Assembly (NCBI GenBank): GCA_951406725.2
Contig: OX597831.1
Location: forward strand, 32,054,001 to 32,118,000
Reading direction: 5' to 3'
Length of the DNA: 64,000 nucleotides
Origin: Octopus vulgaris
Lineage: Eukaryota
The notes under the pieces were generated by a model. That model was not told the origin of the DNA and ran no database searches. It worked only from the letters and a program-made list of their open reading frames with translations. Position numbers and translations under genes: made by a program. Within the stretch, counting starts at the first letter, position 1, and each line of letters opens with the position of its first letter. Shown one piece after another: positions 1-64,000 of this stretch.

Positions 1-2049
1 TAAAAATTTGCTGTTTTCAAGTAATTTAAATCAAAAGCCTCCATCAAAATTTCATATTATTTAATATTCCAAACACCAGCTTAATAATGGTCTCAAATTT
101 TGGCATAAGGCCAGCAATTTCAAGGGAGGGGTTAAATTGATTACATTGACCCCAGTGTTCAACTGGTACTTATTTTATTGATCTAAAATGTATGAAAGGT
201 AAAGTCAACCTCAGCAGAATTTGGACTCAGAATGTAGCAAGAGACTAAATATTGCTGAGCATTTTGCCCAGCGTGCTAACGATTCTGCCAGTTCACTGCC
301 TAAAACACAATCTTAATAATGACAAAGCTATTTTGCTAAATTCTTCAATAGGTCAAACTACTTGAAACAGATGTAGTGTTTTTTGATGAAAATATGGCAA
401 CAAAAGGGTTAATATTACAATGACAAATCCTTTGTATATAATACAATAGTTTACAAATAAACACACAGAAAGTAAAGGTGCAATATTATACAGGTGTAGG
501 TCTGCAGTTAAGAAGTTCGCTTCACAACCACATGGTTCCAGGTTCAATCCCTATGTAAATCATCTCGAGAAAGTGTCGTTTTCAGCAACTTTGGCTTGAC
601 TTATGTTATGTGAGTGAAATTAAAGCAAATGGAAACTGTGCAGAAGCATGCTGTATTTTATATCCAGGACGCTCCATGTCTGAGGGGAACAAACTTTAGT
701 AGGCAACAAATGAAAGACTATCCAATATAATGCCAAAGTTACGTTCTCATATCTCTTCCAAATGTACTAACAGTATTAACAAGACGTAGGAGTGGCTGTG
801 TAGTAAGAACTCTGCTTCTCAACCACATGGTTCTGGGTTCAGTCCCATAGTGTGACACATTGGGCAAGTGTCTTCTACTACAGCCTTGAGCCAACCAAAG
901 CCTTGTGAGTGGATTTAGTAGATGGAAACTGAAAAAATCTCATTGTACGCACACACACATATATATAGGTGTGTGTGTCTGTGTTTATCCACCCCCACCA
1001 GTTGACAACCAGTGTTGGTGAGTTTACATCCCTGTAACTTAGTGCTCTGGCAACAAAGACTAATAGAATTAAGTATTAGGCTTAAAAAATAACACTACTG
1101 AGATTGATTCATTCAACCAAAAATTAATCAAGGTGGTGCCCCAGCATGGCCATAGCCTAATGACTGAGATAAGTAAAAGACACAAAAGACAGCAGATTCT
1201 AATCAGGCACAGAAAATGAAATGTAACTGAGTCCTTCATGATAGGATCAAGAAAAAGCTGGAGGCCTCTACTTGAGATGTGTCATCTGTGACCAGGAGAA
1301 AGAAGCATTCTTAGTGGTCAGGTGCCTGTCAGGACAGCAGAGTTTGTCCAGCAGGGCCAGGACATCATCATCATCATCCTCATTGTTTTAATGTTTACTT
1401 TTCCATGCTTGCTTAAATCAGAGTTAGGTGAGCCAGATTTTCTAAGACTAGATGTCCTTCCAGTTCTAAGACTGGATGCCCTTCCTGCTGCCAACCTTCA
1501 CCTGTTCCCAAGTAAGGTACTTTTTCCTATGCCTTGACATATTTTCATGAAAATATTGGATATAAACACCACCGCATGAATGATTATGATGCTCATTTAT
1601 AAGGATTACACAATGTGAAAACACACATGTATGTGTCGTGTGTGTGTGTGTGTGTGTGTGTATACATATATACATACATACATACATACATATTGAATTT
1701 ACACAGTTGACAACCTAAACTTTGGGCACAATCATAACTTTTTCTCATATGACATTAATGCATGAATTTATACATACAAAACATAACCATTCAGCCACTG
1801 GATTACATACAAACAACTCCTGTCCACTCTACCACTTGGCAGATTAAATTTAGAGAGCCTTCATTGTTTGGAACTGTCACTGAACATGTTTACTCAACAA
1901 TGTTCACCTTAATTTTCAGTGCAAAAAATTTTGTCACATGACATTAATAGTTAAGCCTTTAAAAATAAACCATCCAAAAGACTCCAAGTGCATTTTCAAT
2001 TTCTTTTTTATATATTTCTACCCATATAGAATAGAATAACTTTGTCTTC

Positions 2050-2080
<31 letters not shown>

Positions 2081-4616
2081 CTGATTTTATGTCAAGTTAT
2101 GTGTATAAAAACAATTTAAAGCTAAACTGAAGAATTACTGAATACATTTTGGTAGAGTACATGTTTATTAAACTTTCACAAGGAAAAGGTTGGCAGTAAC
2201 ACATATACAAATGTAGACTTTCATACACACACACACATACATACTAGCATTGCATTCATGAAAAATGATGACACTTATTTAAGTATACATATATTATGCA
2301 AACATAAATTTTTGTATAAAAATATCTAGGCGGATTGAGAGGGATATGGTTTGGTGTGAGTCAGTGAAAATGGATCATAAAGCAACATATTTACAAGCCC
2401 TGAAGTTTCCGAATTTATCATTTTGTTCAACATCATTTAGCAATGGATTCTCTCTTCAGCTCATGTTTTAACTGACCCTATCTCTTACCTTTCCTCAGAA
2501 TATCAACTGGCTCTTCAAATGACATTCATAAAGTATGAGAGAACCAACAAAGAAAATTGTGATATGGGACTTGGCCTTATATATAAATGATGGAACTGGT
2601 AACTACTAATATCCTTTATTAAAGATGTTCCTAAATTCTTCCTCTCTGAAGATGGAATAGTTGATTTATATGGAAATCTTTGCTCAATGTCCTATGCACA
2701 ATATGCACAGATATTTTACAAACCTGATTCTCTTTTAAAATGATAATAATGACTTTTTAGAATGTCTGTCATGATTTTCATATAGACCCATCATGTCTCT
2801 GTATGTTGTAAGAAGTCCTTAAAAGGAATTGGTAACAGAAAGGGAAATCAGTTATAAAATTCTGCTTGCTAAAACCTGTCTAGTAGGCATATCATCTAGT
2901 GGTTAGGGTGTTACACTCACAATCATATGATTGTGGTTTCAATTCCCAGACAGGGCAGAATGTTGTGTTCTTGAGGAAAAACACTTCACTTGACATTGTC
3001 CCAGTCAACTTAGATGTGAGTCCCAGCAATAAACAAGGGGGGGGGGGACTTAATCTTGTGTCCTGTTCAGTGGGAAGGGAAGGGGGAATGTCATAATTTC
3101 AGTTACTTATATACCATGGAAACCAGGCTGAGTTGCAATTTTGAGCTGCAGCTCATGGAAACAAAATAAAAAAAAGACAAGTTGTCCAACGGATACCAGC
3201 ATGGATGTAATATAATGATGATGATGGTGATGATGATGATGATATTTTCCCATCTTTTAACTACCCCCACCCTTCAAATATTAAACTATTACATGTCTAA
3301 TGTTTGTCCACCAATCTTTTACAACAACTGTTACTTTGTTTCCTCAAACCATCCCTCAAATTCTATAATTCTCTTCGTATACTATATCATAAAAAAACAA
3401 ACTATTTTTGAAGAATATGAGAACTAAAACTGCAATAATTAGTATTCTTCAAGTTCTTAATTTTCTCATTTTCATTCTGAATGTAATGATCAATATTAAC
3501 TTTAACAACACCTATAATGTAGCTAATGCTACCATTAATGATGGCAACATAAATGCTAGCAATACAAGCAATCATGTGCTCAGCAAGAGTATTATTAATA
3601 ATTAAGATACCTCTATCAGTAATAACAATAAGTATATGTATTATCCTAACTATACCAACTATCTTCATCTTAATAAAGATGACAATAATAATCTTGATTC
3701 TAATAGAGGACTAACAACTGTGCTAACATTACTGATCCTGACACAGTTAATAATGCATAGCCTATAATCTGTGGGATAAGAAGACATGCAATTCCAGAAC
3801 ACCTAGTAATTGCCCTTTCAGAGACTATTGCTTATGCTATAATGTTTATAAATGTACTGTTTCCACTACATGAACCCACTCTACTAGAACTTCCATTGGT
3901 GGAATAATAGACTTTAAGTGCTGTTATCTTGCACATCTGAGCTCTTTTTCAAATAGTATTAGAAAACATATCCACCACCTTAAAGCTTATGGTATTTTCT
4001 ATAATTTTTGTTGGTCCACAGTTGGTTCATACAGAGGTAGCAGACAACCTTGTAACTTCTGTTGCTCTGAATCACTTACTCAGTCATGTCAAGATGAGGT
4101 CTCTCACATTAATTACTTTTCTGACATAATTACAAATAATTACCATGTGCAAATATGAATATTACAAGACATTTTCTCATTACTATAAGCTCTTAATGTT
4201 GTAACCATATGAATTAAGCCTTCCTCTCTACTCTCTCTTTCACTTATAATATTTCCTCCTCAACAACTTCTCTCCTATGCCACCAAATTAGTGACACTTA
4301 GGGTTTTCTCATCTTTCTCCCAGTGTCTTTACTATGTATCAGCAAATCTTAAATTTCTTAACAGAATAGCAGAATGTTCAAATTCAATATGAAGACTATT
4401 CGTGAACCAGAAACTGAAGCCATTTTGGATTCTATACTGGGTTGCTGAAACCTTGCACGTATATATTTAAGATCTATACAAGAGCAAGACTTATATTTGT
4501 TATATATATATATATATATTAGAAAAAATGAGGTACTCAGAAAATCGGATTGTTTATATTTACAGATATTTATTTGTATATTACATTTTTTATGCATCAT
4601 ATAACTTAGATCATGT

Positions 4617-4653
4617 ATTAGCGCTTTCTCCCATTCAAGTGGGGTTTTCAAAT
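4617..4653 (-). ncRNA. Hammerhead ribozyme, U3-A8 variant, partly decayed
   Basis: - strand: AU UUGAAAA cCCCA cuugaa UGGGa GAAA GCGC UA^AU; stem I only 2 bp, first stem II pair mismatched. Confidence 0.55.
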
Positions 4654-4776
4654 CAAACTAAGTTCCTGTGTGAAAAGTTGTAATATACAAATAAATATCT
4701 GTAAATATAAACCATCCGATTTTCTGAGTACCTAATTTCTTCTAATATAAAATACCTGTACATCATCTCCAAACCT

Positions 4777-4817
<41 letters not shown>

Positions 4818-5857
4818 TAAATCATTATCCTTGTTTTAATGTCCATTTTTCCATGCTTGCATGGGTCAGACACAATTCATTGAGGCACATTTTCTATGGG
4901 AAGATGCCTTTCCTGTCACAAACCCTCATCTGTTTCCAAGCAAGATAATAATATTTCCCCAAGGCCAAGTATGTTTCCCTGGAAGACTGGAAATGAGAAA
5001 CATTGCTTGTATGATGATGATACAAATTCACAACCATTACCACATACCATAATATAAACACACACACACACACACACACATACACATATATATGTGTTGG
5101 TCTTCTTTCAGTTTCTACCAAATCTACTCACAATGCTTTGGTTGGCTCAACACTACAGTAGAAGACATTTGTTCCAAGAGCTGTGCATGGTTGGGAACCA
5201 AGCTTTTCAACCATGCTTGTGTGGTAGCAGATAATTATCTCCTGCTAGCAGCATAAACATGAGTGCTTATATGCACCACAAGTCCATATAAGAGGTTCTC
5301 TCAAGGTAAATAATGCAGCATTTCATGTTCTAACACAACATTCACTTTCAAGTGGGGATAAATATTGCCTTTCGATACCAATACTGCTTCTGTCGCTATT
5401 AATTAGCATACACTCACACACACACACATACATACACACACATACATGCACACACACACATATATATGTATGGATGTATGCATATATATATTTGTGTGTG
5501 TATTTTTGTCCTCAAATTGAGACACTGGAGCCAAACATGTTCCTTAGACATGTTGAACCTTCCAACCCGTGCTGGCAGAGAAAGCTATGATGATGATGAT
5601 GATGATGATATATATATATATAAAGTGGGTATCAGTATAGTCGATGTCATAAGAGCAATCAATTATAAATTAATTAAAATATTACATTGGCCAATTCATG
5701 CAAGCATGGGAGCATGGGGGGAGGGTGGGCAAGAAAGATGCTGCTGCTGATGATGATGCAAAAGACCTCCCCCAAAAACATTCACACACACACAGACACA
5801 CACATCACTGCATATACACTCACTCAGAGAGCTACACAGATCTGTTCATAGGTCAAC

Positions 5858-5901
<44 letters not shown>

Positions 5902-6239
5902 GTTATGTGTACACACACACACACACACATGCACACAGCTAGCTACACTCTCTCTCTACCCTCACACACATACACAAGAGCAGTTACTCTAAATAAGATC
6001 AAACGCTGCTAATTATGACCCAGCATGGAAAATAATGATGATAATAACGATGATGGTAACAATGATGTTGGCAGTAACGATGATGATGATGACATTGATG
6101 ATGGCGATGGTGGTGGAGGTACTGGTGGTGGCAGGGCTGATGATGATCTGTGTGCTGCAAAATTGTGCAAAACACATTTTTCAAGACATTCAAATCATGG
6201 ATTTTCTGAAGATTTAAATTACATTAAAAAAAATCCCAT

Positions 6240-6600
6240 GGCGCATCTAGATATCTCTAGCAGCACATCAGTGTGTCACAGTGGGTCGAGTTATCCCCAG
6301 TGTCATACTGTTATGTCACAATGCACCTTGATATCTCTAGTGGCACACTGGTATGACACAATGCACCTAGATATCCCTAGTGGCACACTGGTATTCCACA
6401 ATGTACCTACATATCCCCAGTGGCACACTGGTATGTCAGTGTACCTAGATAACCTCAGTGGCACACTGGTATGTCACAATGCACCTAGATATCTCCAGTG
6501 TCACACTGGTTTGTCACAGTGTACCTAGATATCCCCAGTGGCACACCAGTTTGTAACAGTGTACCTAGATGTCCTCAGTGCACTTAGATATCTCTGGCAG
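6240..6600. repeat. Minisatellite, about 39-bp unit, about 9 copies
   Basis: Unit acaatgcacctagatatccctagtggcacactggtatgtc, with variants. Confidence 0.85.
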
Positions 6601-7178
6601 CACATACAGGGGTATCTACGTGTTTCTGTGGAGCACCAGTGTGCCACATGGCACATTGATACCCTTCATGATACAATAGTGAGCAACTTTGAGAAGCACT
6701 GGTTTACAGTCAGAATGATGTCAGAATAATTGGGTGAAGTTTGAGGCAAGGTGAGTGGTGGGTGGAATAGAAAACATGGGTGGGGGTATTTTTAATTGTT
6801 TTGAGGAAATGAACCCATAACATGAGAAGTGTGTTTTGACGTTATTTGGCCCCAGGTCAACCTTGATCCAGAAACCTTCTGATCATAGATGTTCCAACCA
6901 TGACCTTTCTTTCATTTTTTTCACACATAATGTATCTTGAACTATATTTTCTCATGAGAGCAAGATGTAATTTGAGGGAGATTTAGCTGATATTTCTTAC
7001 AAGCTTGGCTATATATGGGTAGGTGTGGCTATGTGTTTAAGAAGTTTGCTTCCCAACCACATAGTTCCAGGTTCAGTCCTACTTCGTGGAACCTTGGGCG
7101 AGTGTCTTCTACTATAGTCCCAGGCCAACCAAAATCTTGTGAGTGAATCTGGTTGATGGAAACTGAAGAAGCCTACCA

Positions 7179-7210
<32 letters not shown>

Positions 7211-8539
7211 AGTTTGCTCTTGTCTTAACATCAGATGATGGTTGTAAATGAGCATCACTTTCACACAAGAGGTGTCCTTTTTTTCCAATCTTCTGTGAAA
7301 ACACGGGTAAATATTACCTTATATGGAAAGAGGTGAGGGTTGGTGACAGCAAAGGTATCCAGCTGTAGAGAATCTACTTCAGTGAATTTTATCAAACCCA
7401 TGCAAACATGGAAAAATGGACATTAAATGATGTAGTCTCCTCAACTGACTCATGTTATTGTTGGTGTTTAGTAATATGTTAATCCTGACCAAAGGTAACT
7501 ATGAGCAAATGTGTTCCAGTATTGTAGGACTGAATTAGCATTTTTAGAAATTATTATTCTTCACACAAATGCAGACACACAAGAATTAGACTAGATATAC
7601 ATGGATATTGCTGTGGAACCTTGTGGTTCTTTGAATGAAAATGATGATGAAAGGTTTGAGAAATGGTGGAAAATAGGGAAGAATTTGTTTGATGTCGAAA
7701 GAGGGTAGGACAGGACAAACCCCACAGACATGATAATTCCAAGGCCCAAATGTTTTGGTAGCTTGGAGACTTACGTAAAAGCAAAAGGAGCATGAATCAG
7801 GCCAGCAACAACAACAAACAACAAATATCAGCAGCAGCATCATCATCAACATTTGTAGCAAAAGGAGCAACAACAAGGCAAGAACAAGAGCTAGAACTAC
7901 TACAACATCATCAGAAACAACAATAGTTGCAATAACTACTGCAACAACAACAACAACAACAACAATTAAATGTTTGTAATTTCATTATTGCTTGGAAGGA
8001 CAAGTGGTGGTGGGCGAGGAGAGATTTTACAGAATTCGTTCAAAAACACAGACATAACAAATGGGGGTGGGTGGGTGGGTGAGAGGAATTAAAGAAATTC
8101 TTCCAAGACACTCCAAACATCTTTATGGAATTAGATAACCACATGACCCATTGTGGTCTGCCAAAAACTGATACATCCCATTGCTGTCATGCAGGACCCC
8201 CTGCCACTCCATCCATGCCCACTGACTAGATTTTTGTTTTCTTTCGTTTCAATGCATGCGGTTTAGATTGACCACTGCATTCTTTATGTTTCACATCCAG
8301 GAACTTCACAAGGAGACTATTCTTGCAGCGAGCAGGACATAAGCAAAACTCTTTTACACTTTGCTTTTTCTCATTCCTCAGTTGTCTTCTTCTCTAATCC
8401 AAAGTTCCATATTATCATATCTTCACTAAAACTAACAGACTCTGTTTTAAGTTCCCTTCCCACTGAGACCCACAACCTATATTAAAGCACCAATTGGCAG
8501 TATTAGTCTGAAACCTGTTGAGCTTTACCTAAATTACAA

Positions 8540-8585
<46 letters not shown>

Positions 8586-8590
<5 letters not shown>

Positions 8591-8946
8591 TCGGCTTTAG
8601 TGAAGGCAGAGGTATCGTTTTCAGTTGTGTTTGTTTGTTTGTCCACAGACAAGATATCTCAAGAATTGCAGGATGGATTTGGATGAAACTTTCAGGGATG
8701 TTTGGCCTCACGACCAGCATGAACTGATTAGATTTTGGGATCGATCCGGTCCAGGACAAGGATTCCGGAAAATTTTGTTTTTTTTACTTAATTTTTGAGA
8801 GCAGTCAGGTTCATTTTTAGTATTCTGATTTGTGAGAGCAGTTGAGTTTATTTCAGATATTCTCATTTAAAAAATCATCTCCAGCTAATTGTTGATAGGA
8901 CGTTAGTGTTGCCTTGGCGGAGGTTTGCACTCTTTGAGTGCTCTTG
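8586..8946 (+). mobile_element. Helentron-associated / DINE-1-like non-autonomous element
   Basis: 5' subTIR acctcggct with nearby inverted aaggcagaggt, (GTTT)n tract, 3' subTIR ggcggaggt followed by hairpin gcactc-ttt-gagtgc; T-rich insertion site. Confidence 0.7.
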
Positions 8947-9357
8947 TTGTTGTTGTTATTATAATTATTATTACACGAGTGCATGCTAATTTAGTAACAG
9001 GAATGTTATATTGATGTTTAGTACCAACAAGTCTCCTCAAATCTCAAGAATCTTCCTTAGGATTCTGGCAGAATATAAAATGGTACTTTTCTGCTGGTTG
9101 ACAATACAAAATGATTATTATTTAAACGTGTATTTAATTAGAAGCGGTATTGCCGTGAAGTTTGGTAGCAAGAAATTTCCACAAATTTCAAGAATCTTTT
9201 TTAGGATTCTTGCAGAATCCGTCATGACACTCTTCTGTAGGTTGACACCGCGAATCTCAATTCCAAGTATCTTTTAGTTTCTTAGACAGCAGTTTGGATG
9301 TTGTGCCAAAAGCACCAGTTATCACCAATTCTTCTTCTTAGTATTATTATTTATTAA

Positions 9358-9765
9358 GGCGGCGAGCTGGCAGAAACATTAGCACGCCGGGCGAAATGCC
9401 TAGCACTATTTCGGCTGCCATTACGTTCTGAGTTCAAATTCTGCCAAGGTCGACTTTGCCTTTCATCCTTTCGGGGTCGATAAATTAAGTACCAGTTATG
9501 CACTGGGGTCCATGTAATTGACTTAATCCCTTTGTCTGTCCTTGTTTGTCCTCTCTGTGTTTAGCCCCTAGTGGGTAGTAAAGAAATAGGTATTTCAGCC
9601 ATCCCTACGTTCTGAGTTTCAGTTCCGCCAAGGTTGACTGTGCCTTTCATCCTTTTGGGGTCGATAAAATAAGTACCAGTTGAATACCAGAGTTGATGCC
9701 ATCAACATTCCCTGCACTCCGCCAAAAAATTTCAGGCCTTGTGCCTTTAGTAGACAAGATCATTA
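9358..9765 (+). mobile_element. tRNA-derived SINE, family B (internally duplicated core)
   Basis: ggcggcgagctggcagaa..gagttcaaattc..gcctttcatcctttcggggtcgataaa..gtaccagtt, (ATT)n tail. Many - strand copies, e.g. 89-300, 10244-10453, 10897-11100, 12271-12460, 13422-13634, 17083-17297, 17812-18012, 29580-29800, 47195-47360, 52035-52210 and 53820-54028. Confidence 0.8.
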
Positions 9766-9769
9766 TTAC

Positions 9770-9821
<52 letters not shown>

Positions 9822-9867
9822 TGAAATAAAAATGAAAATACATAAAGAAGCAAGTTTCAATTTTTGC

Positions 9868-61170
<51,303 letters not shown>

Positions 61171-61350
61171 CTGTGGAAACAAAACAAAATGGGCAACGTG
61201 AATATGATGGACAACCAATTGCTAATGACCGACCCCATGGTCAACTGTTTAATTCTTTGTGATTATACATACATATGTATGAGTACATATACAAATATAT
61301 AATACATACTTACACACGTGTGCGTATATATATATATATATATATATATA

Positions 61351-61663
61351 TACGAAATGAGAAAATGGAGAAACATACTTAAATCAATCAACCATCAACC
61401 ATCAGATAATACCCATTCAATACTTTATTACACCATTACATAACAGCAATAACATTATACATAATATATTGCAAATATAACTAGACATGGAAATAGAAAT
61501 ATTTGTATTTTATATTTCTATTTCCATGTCTAGTTATATTTGCAATATATTATGTATAATGTTATTGCTGTTATGTAATGGTGTAATAAAGTATTGAATG
61601 GGTATTATCTGATGGTTGATGGTTGATTGATTTAAGTATGTTTCTCCATTTTCTCATTTTGTA
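61351..61663. repeat. Near-perfect palindrome, 152-bp arms, 9-nt spacer
   Basis: Arms 61351-61502 and 61512-61663; I see one G.T mismatch. Confidence 0.92.
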
Positions 61664-61827
61664 TTATTAATTTACGGTAATAATTTTACCCTTGCCCACA
61701 TAATACAGTAAATTAATTAATTGCACTGCAATTTTTAACATTTATGTATTAGTCTTGTTGGGTACCTCTCTAGCAGTATATTGGATATATATTATCCCAT
61801 TGAGGGTTGAATTTACAACCCCTTTCT

Positions 61828-61864
<37 letters not shown>

Positions 61865-62137
61865 AGAGTAAGCACATAAATGCAAAACAAGGTGGAAAAA
61901 ATAATTCTTGAATACCAGAGGTAGAATAATATGCTTTATTAAAAAGCAGCAAAAATGTTATCGGACAGTTTTGTTTAGAATCTAAACAAAATTGTCCGAC
62001 AAACGGGAAAATAAAACTTTGAGTAGCAGTTGTTGTGATATTTTTGCTTTTTTAATAAAGTGTGTGTGTATATATATATATATATATATGGAAAAAAAGT
62101 CAAGATAGAAAATGCTAAAATAATTTTATAAAAAACA

Positions 62138-62179
62138 TTTCAGTACCGGTTTCAGTCATTGAGACTTTTTCAACTGTAA
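62138..62179 (-). ncRNA. Minimal type I hammerhead ribozyme, U3-A8 core variant
   Basis: - strand: uuaCAG UUGAAAA AGUC ucaau GACU GAAA CCGG UA^CUGaaa. Confidence 0.75.
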
Positions 62180-62221
62180 CAATAAAATAATTAAATTTAG
62201 AAAAATTAAAAGAAGAGTTTT

Positions 62222-62297
<76 letters not shown>

Positions 62298-62603
62298 TAC
62301 ATACAGACATACATACACACACAATCTTATATTAAAAATCACAAATCTTGCAAATAGCTACCCAGGGTTTCCTTGTTGAAATACTAATTTATTCTACCAT
62401 TTATAAAACTGAAAGCAAAACGTTTTGTGGTTTACTCTCTTAGCTGATCAGGTGCTTTTCTACTCGTTGCAGCATTACCATATATATATATATATATATA
62501 TATAACTAATGTAGGATAAAATCTTTTTTTGGAAAAATTTTTTATCAATGGCCAGCGCCAGCATATCAAAAAATACCTTTAAAAGTTAAATTTATCAATA
62601 ATT

Positions 62604-62841
62604 TACAAAGTAAGGGCAAAAGAAAAATTCTAATGCCAAATATGCCGAAAAAAACACAAAAATTGTCAATAACCATTATAATTTATGCGTCTCGAAACAA
62701 ACTGATAGAAATTTCTAAACATGGATTTTTTTAGAAATTTCTATCGGTTTGTTTCGAGACGCATAAATTATAATGGTTATTGACAATTTTTGTCTTTTTT
62801 TCAGCATATTTGGCATTAGAATTTTTATTTTGCCCTTATTT

Positions 62842-62845
<4 letters not shown>
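62604..62845. repeat. Inverted repeat, about 116-bp arms, 10-nt spacer
   Basis: 62604-62719 versus 62730-62845; a related single arm lies at about 22870-22935. Confidence 0.88.
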
Positions 62846-62876
<31 letters not shown>

Positions 62877-63293
62877 TATGTAAAAGTAAGATCCAAGGAT
62901 CAAGGTGTAGGAAGTTATTAGGCTGTGAGCAATCCGTAGAAGGAATAGGAAAAAACTTCCAGGAACAATAGTAGTTTATTGAACAGAAAGTTGTAAATTT
63001 TTTGTGTATCAAAGTTTGATAAGCTGAAAGAATTGTTTTATAGTTCATGGTTAGCAGCAGGGGTTGATGTAAATGCAAATAGAAATCCAAATTTAGGGAA
63101 TTGAGAAGATAAAATCCAGGCAACATATGTTTCATAGTGAGCGGAACTTACTACATAAGTAGTAATTAGTGCTTGAGTAGCTAGCAGGTTAACCCTCATT
63201 TGGATAATTATTACTTCTGAGGTTCTGCTGGCTATGAAACATGTAACCTGGATTCTATCTACTCCATTCCTGAATTTTGTATTTATATATATA

Positions 63294-63438
<145 letters not shown>

Positions 63439-63842
63439 TTTTGCATAATAAGATAAAAAAACCCAAAGCTTTATAGATATTAGAGCATTTATAGATAGGT
63501 CTTACAGCTCTAATATCTCTACAGCCTTGGTATTTTATCTTATTATGCAAAAAAAATTCTTATATACACATGCTGACATAGAACCAATGTTGAACCATTT
63601 ATTCGCAATATTACCAAATCTGGAACTTAACTAAGGTCTGTCTATAGCACTTATTCAGCATTACCTGACACCTTTGGGTCTCAATGACACCATATATATA
63701 TATAATACCTGACACCTTTGGGTCTCAATGACACCATATATATATATAATTACAAATATATATATATATAAATGTATATATATAGATATAAATACAAATA
63801 TATATATGTATACATACCTGTGTGTATGTGTGTGTGTGTATC

Positions 63843-63878
<36 letters not shown>

Positions 63879-64000
63879 TGTGTACAGTACTCAGGTGCAC
63901 TACAACTCATCTAAAGTGTATATATAATCAGGTGTAGTTTCGGCGGATTTCGGAAAGCATGAGGGCCTTAAAGGATGCAGTGTCATGGCAGTCAACAACT

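Noticed and set aside
2489-2525. MSFEEPVDILRK plus AAG|gtaaga, a possible first exon of a downstream gene
   Set aside because: Too short; no partner exon or homology visible.
4358-4445. Alternative terminal exon candidate (ESKMASVSGSR..); another at about 7590-7770
   Set aside because: Weaker acceptors than 9929; cannot be distinguished without RNA data.
6240-6600. CRISPR-like regular repeat
   Set aside because: Head-to-tail minisatellite without unique spacers; eukaryotic context and no cas genes.

Overview
AT-rich, microsatellite- and transposon-dense eukaryotic DNA. The SINE set and repeat landscape suggest an octopus (inference). One gene runs on the - strand across most of the window: the 3' part of a Dbs/MCF2L-type Rho GEF (DH-PH-SH3). 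I reconstructed 15 GT-AG exons (61170 to 9868) with fully consistent reading phases; the 33-nt microexon and the terminal exon are less certain, and the 5' exons lie beyond the window. The introns hold three tRNA-derived SINE families, a decayed DD34D mariner, a Helitron, a Helentron/DINE-like element, MULE-, piggyBac- and hAT-like MITEs, and RTE, CR1, HERO and R4-like LINE relics. The most striking signal is a set of short, mostly (TA)n-embedded fold-back or partial-tandem elements carrying minimal type I hammerhead ribozymes. Three unrelated copies share the compensatory U3-A8 core (UUGANAA instead of CUGANGA). One sits in a 362-nt partial-tandem plus inverted unit that looks like a non-LTR retrozyme or Penelope-like pLTR. 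All coordinates were read by eye; repeat boundaries are approximate.
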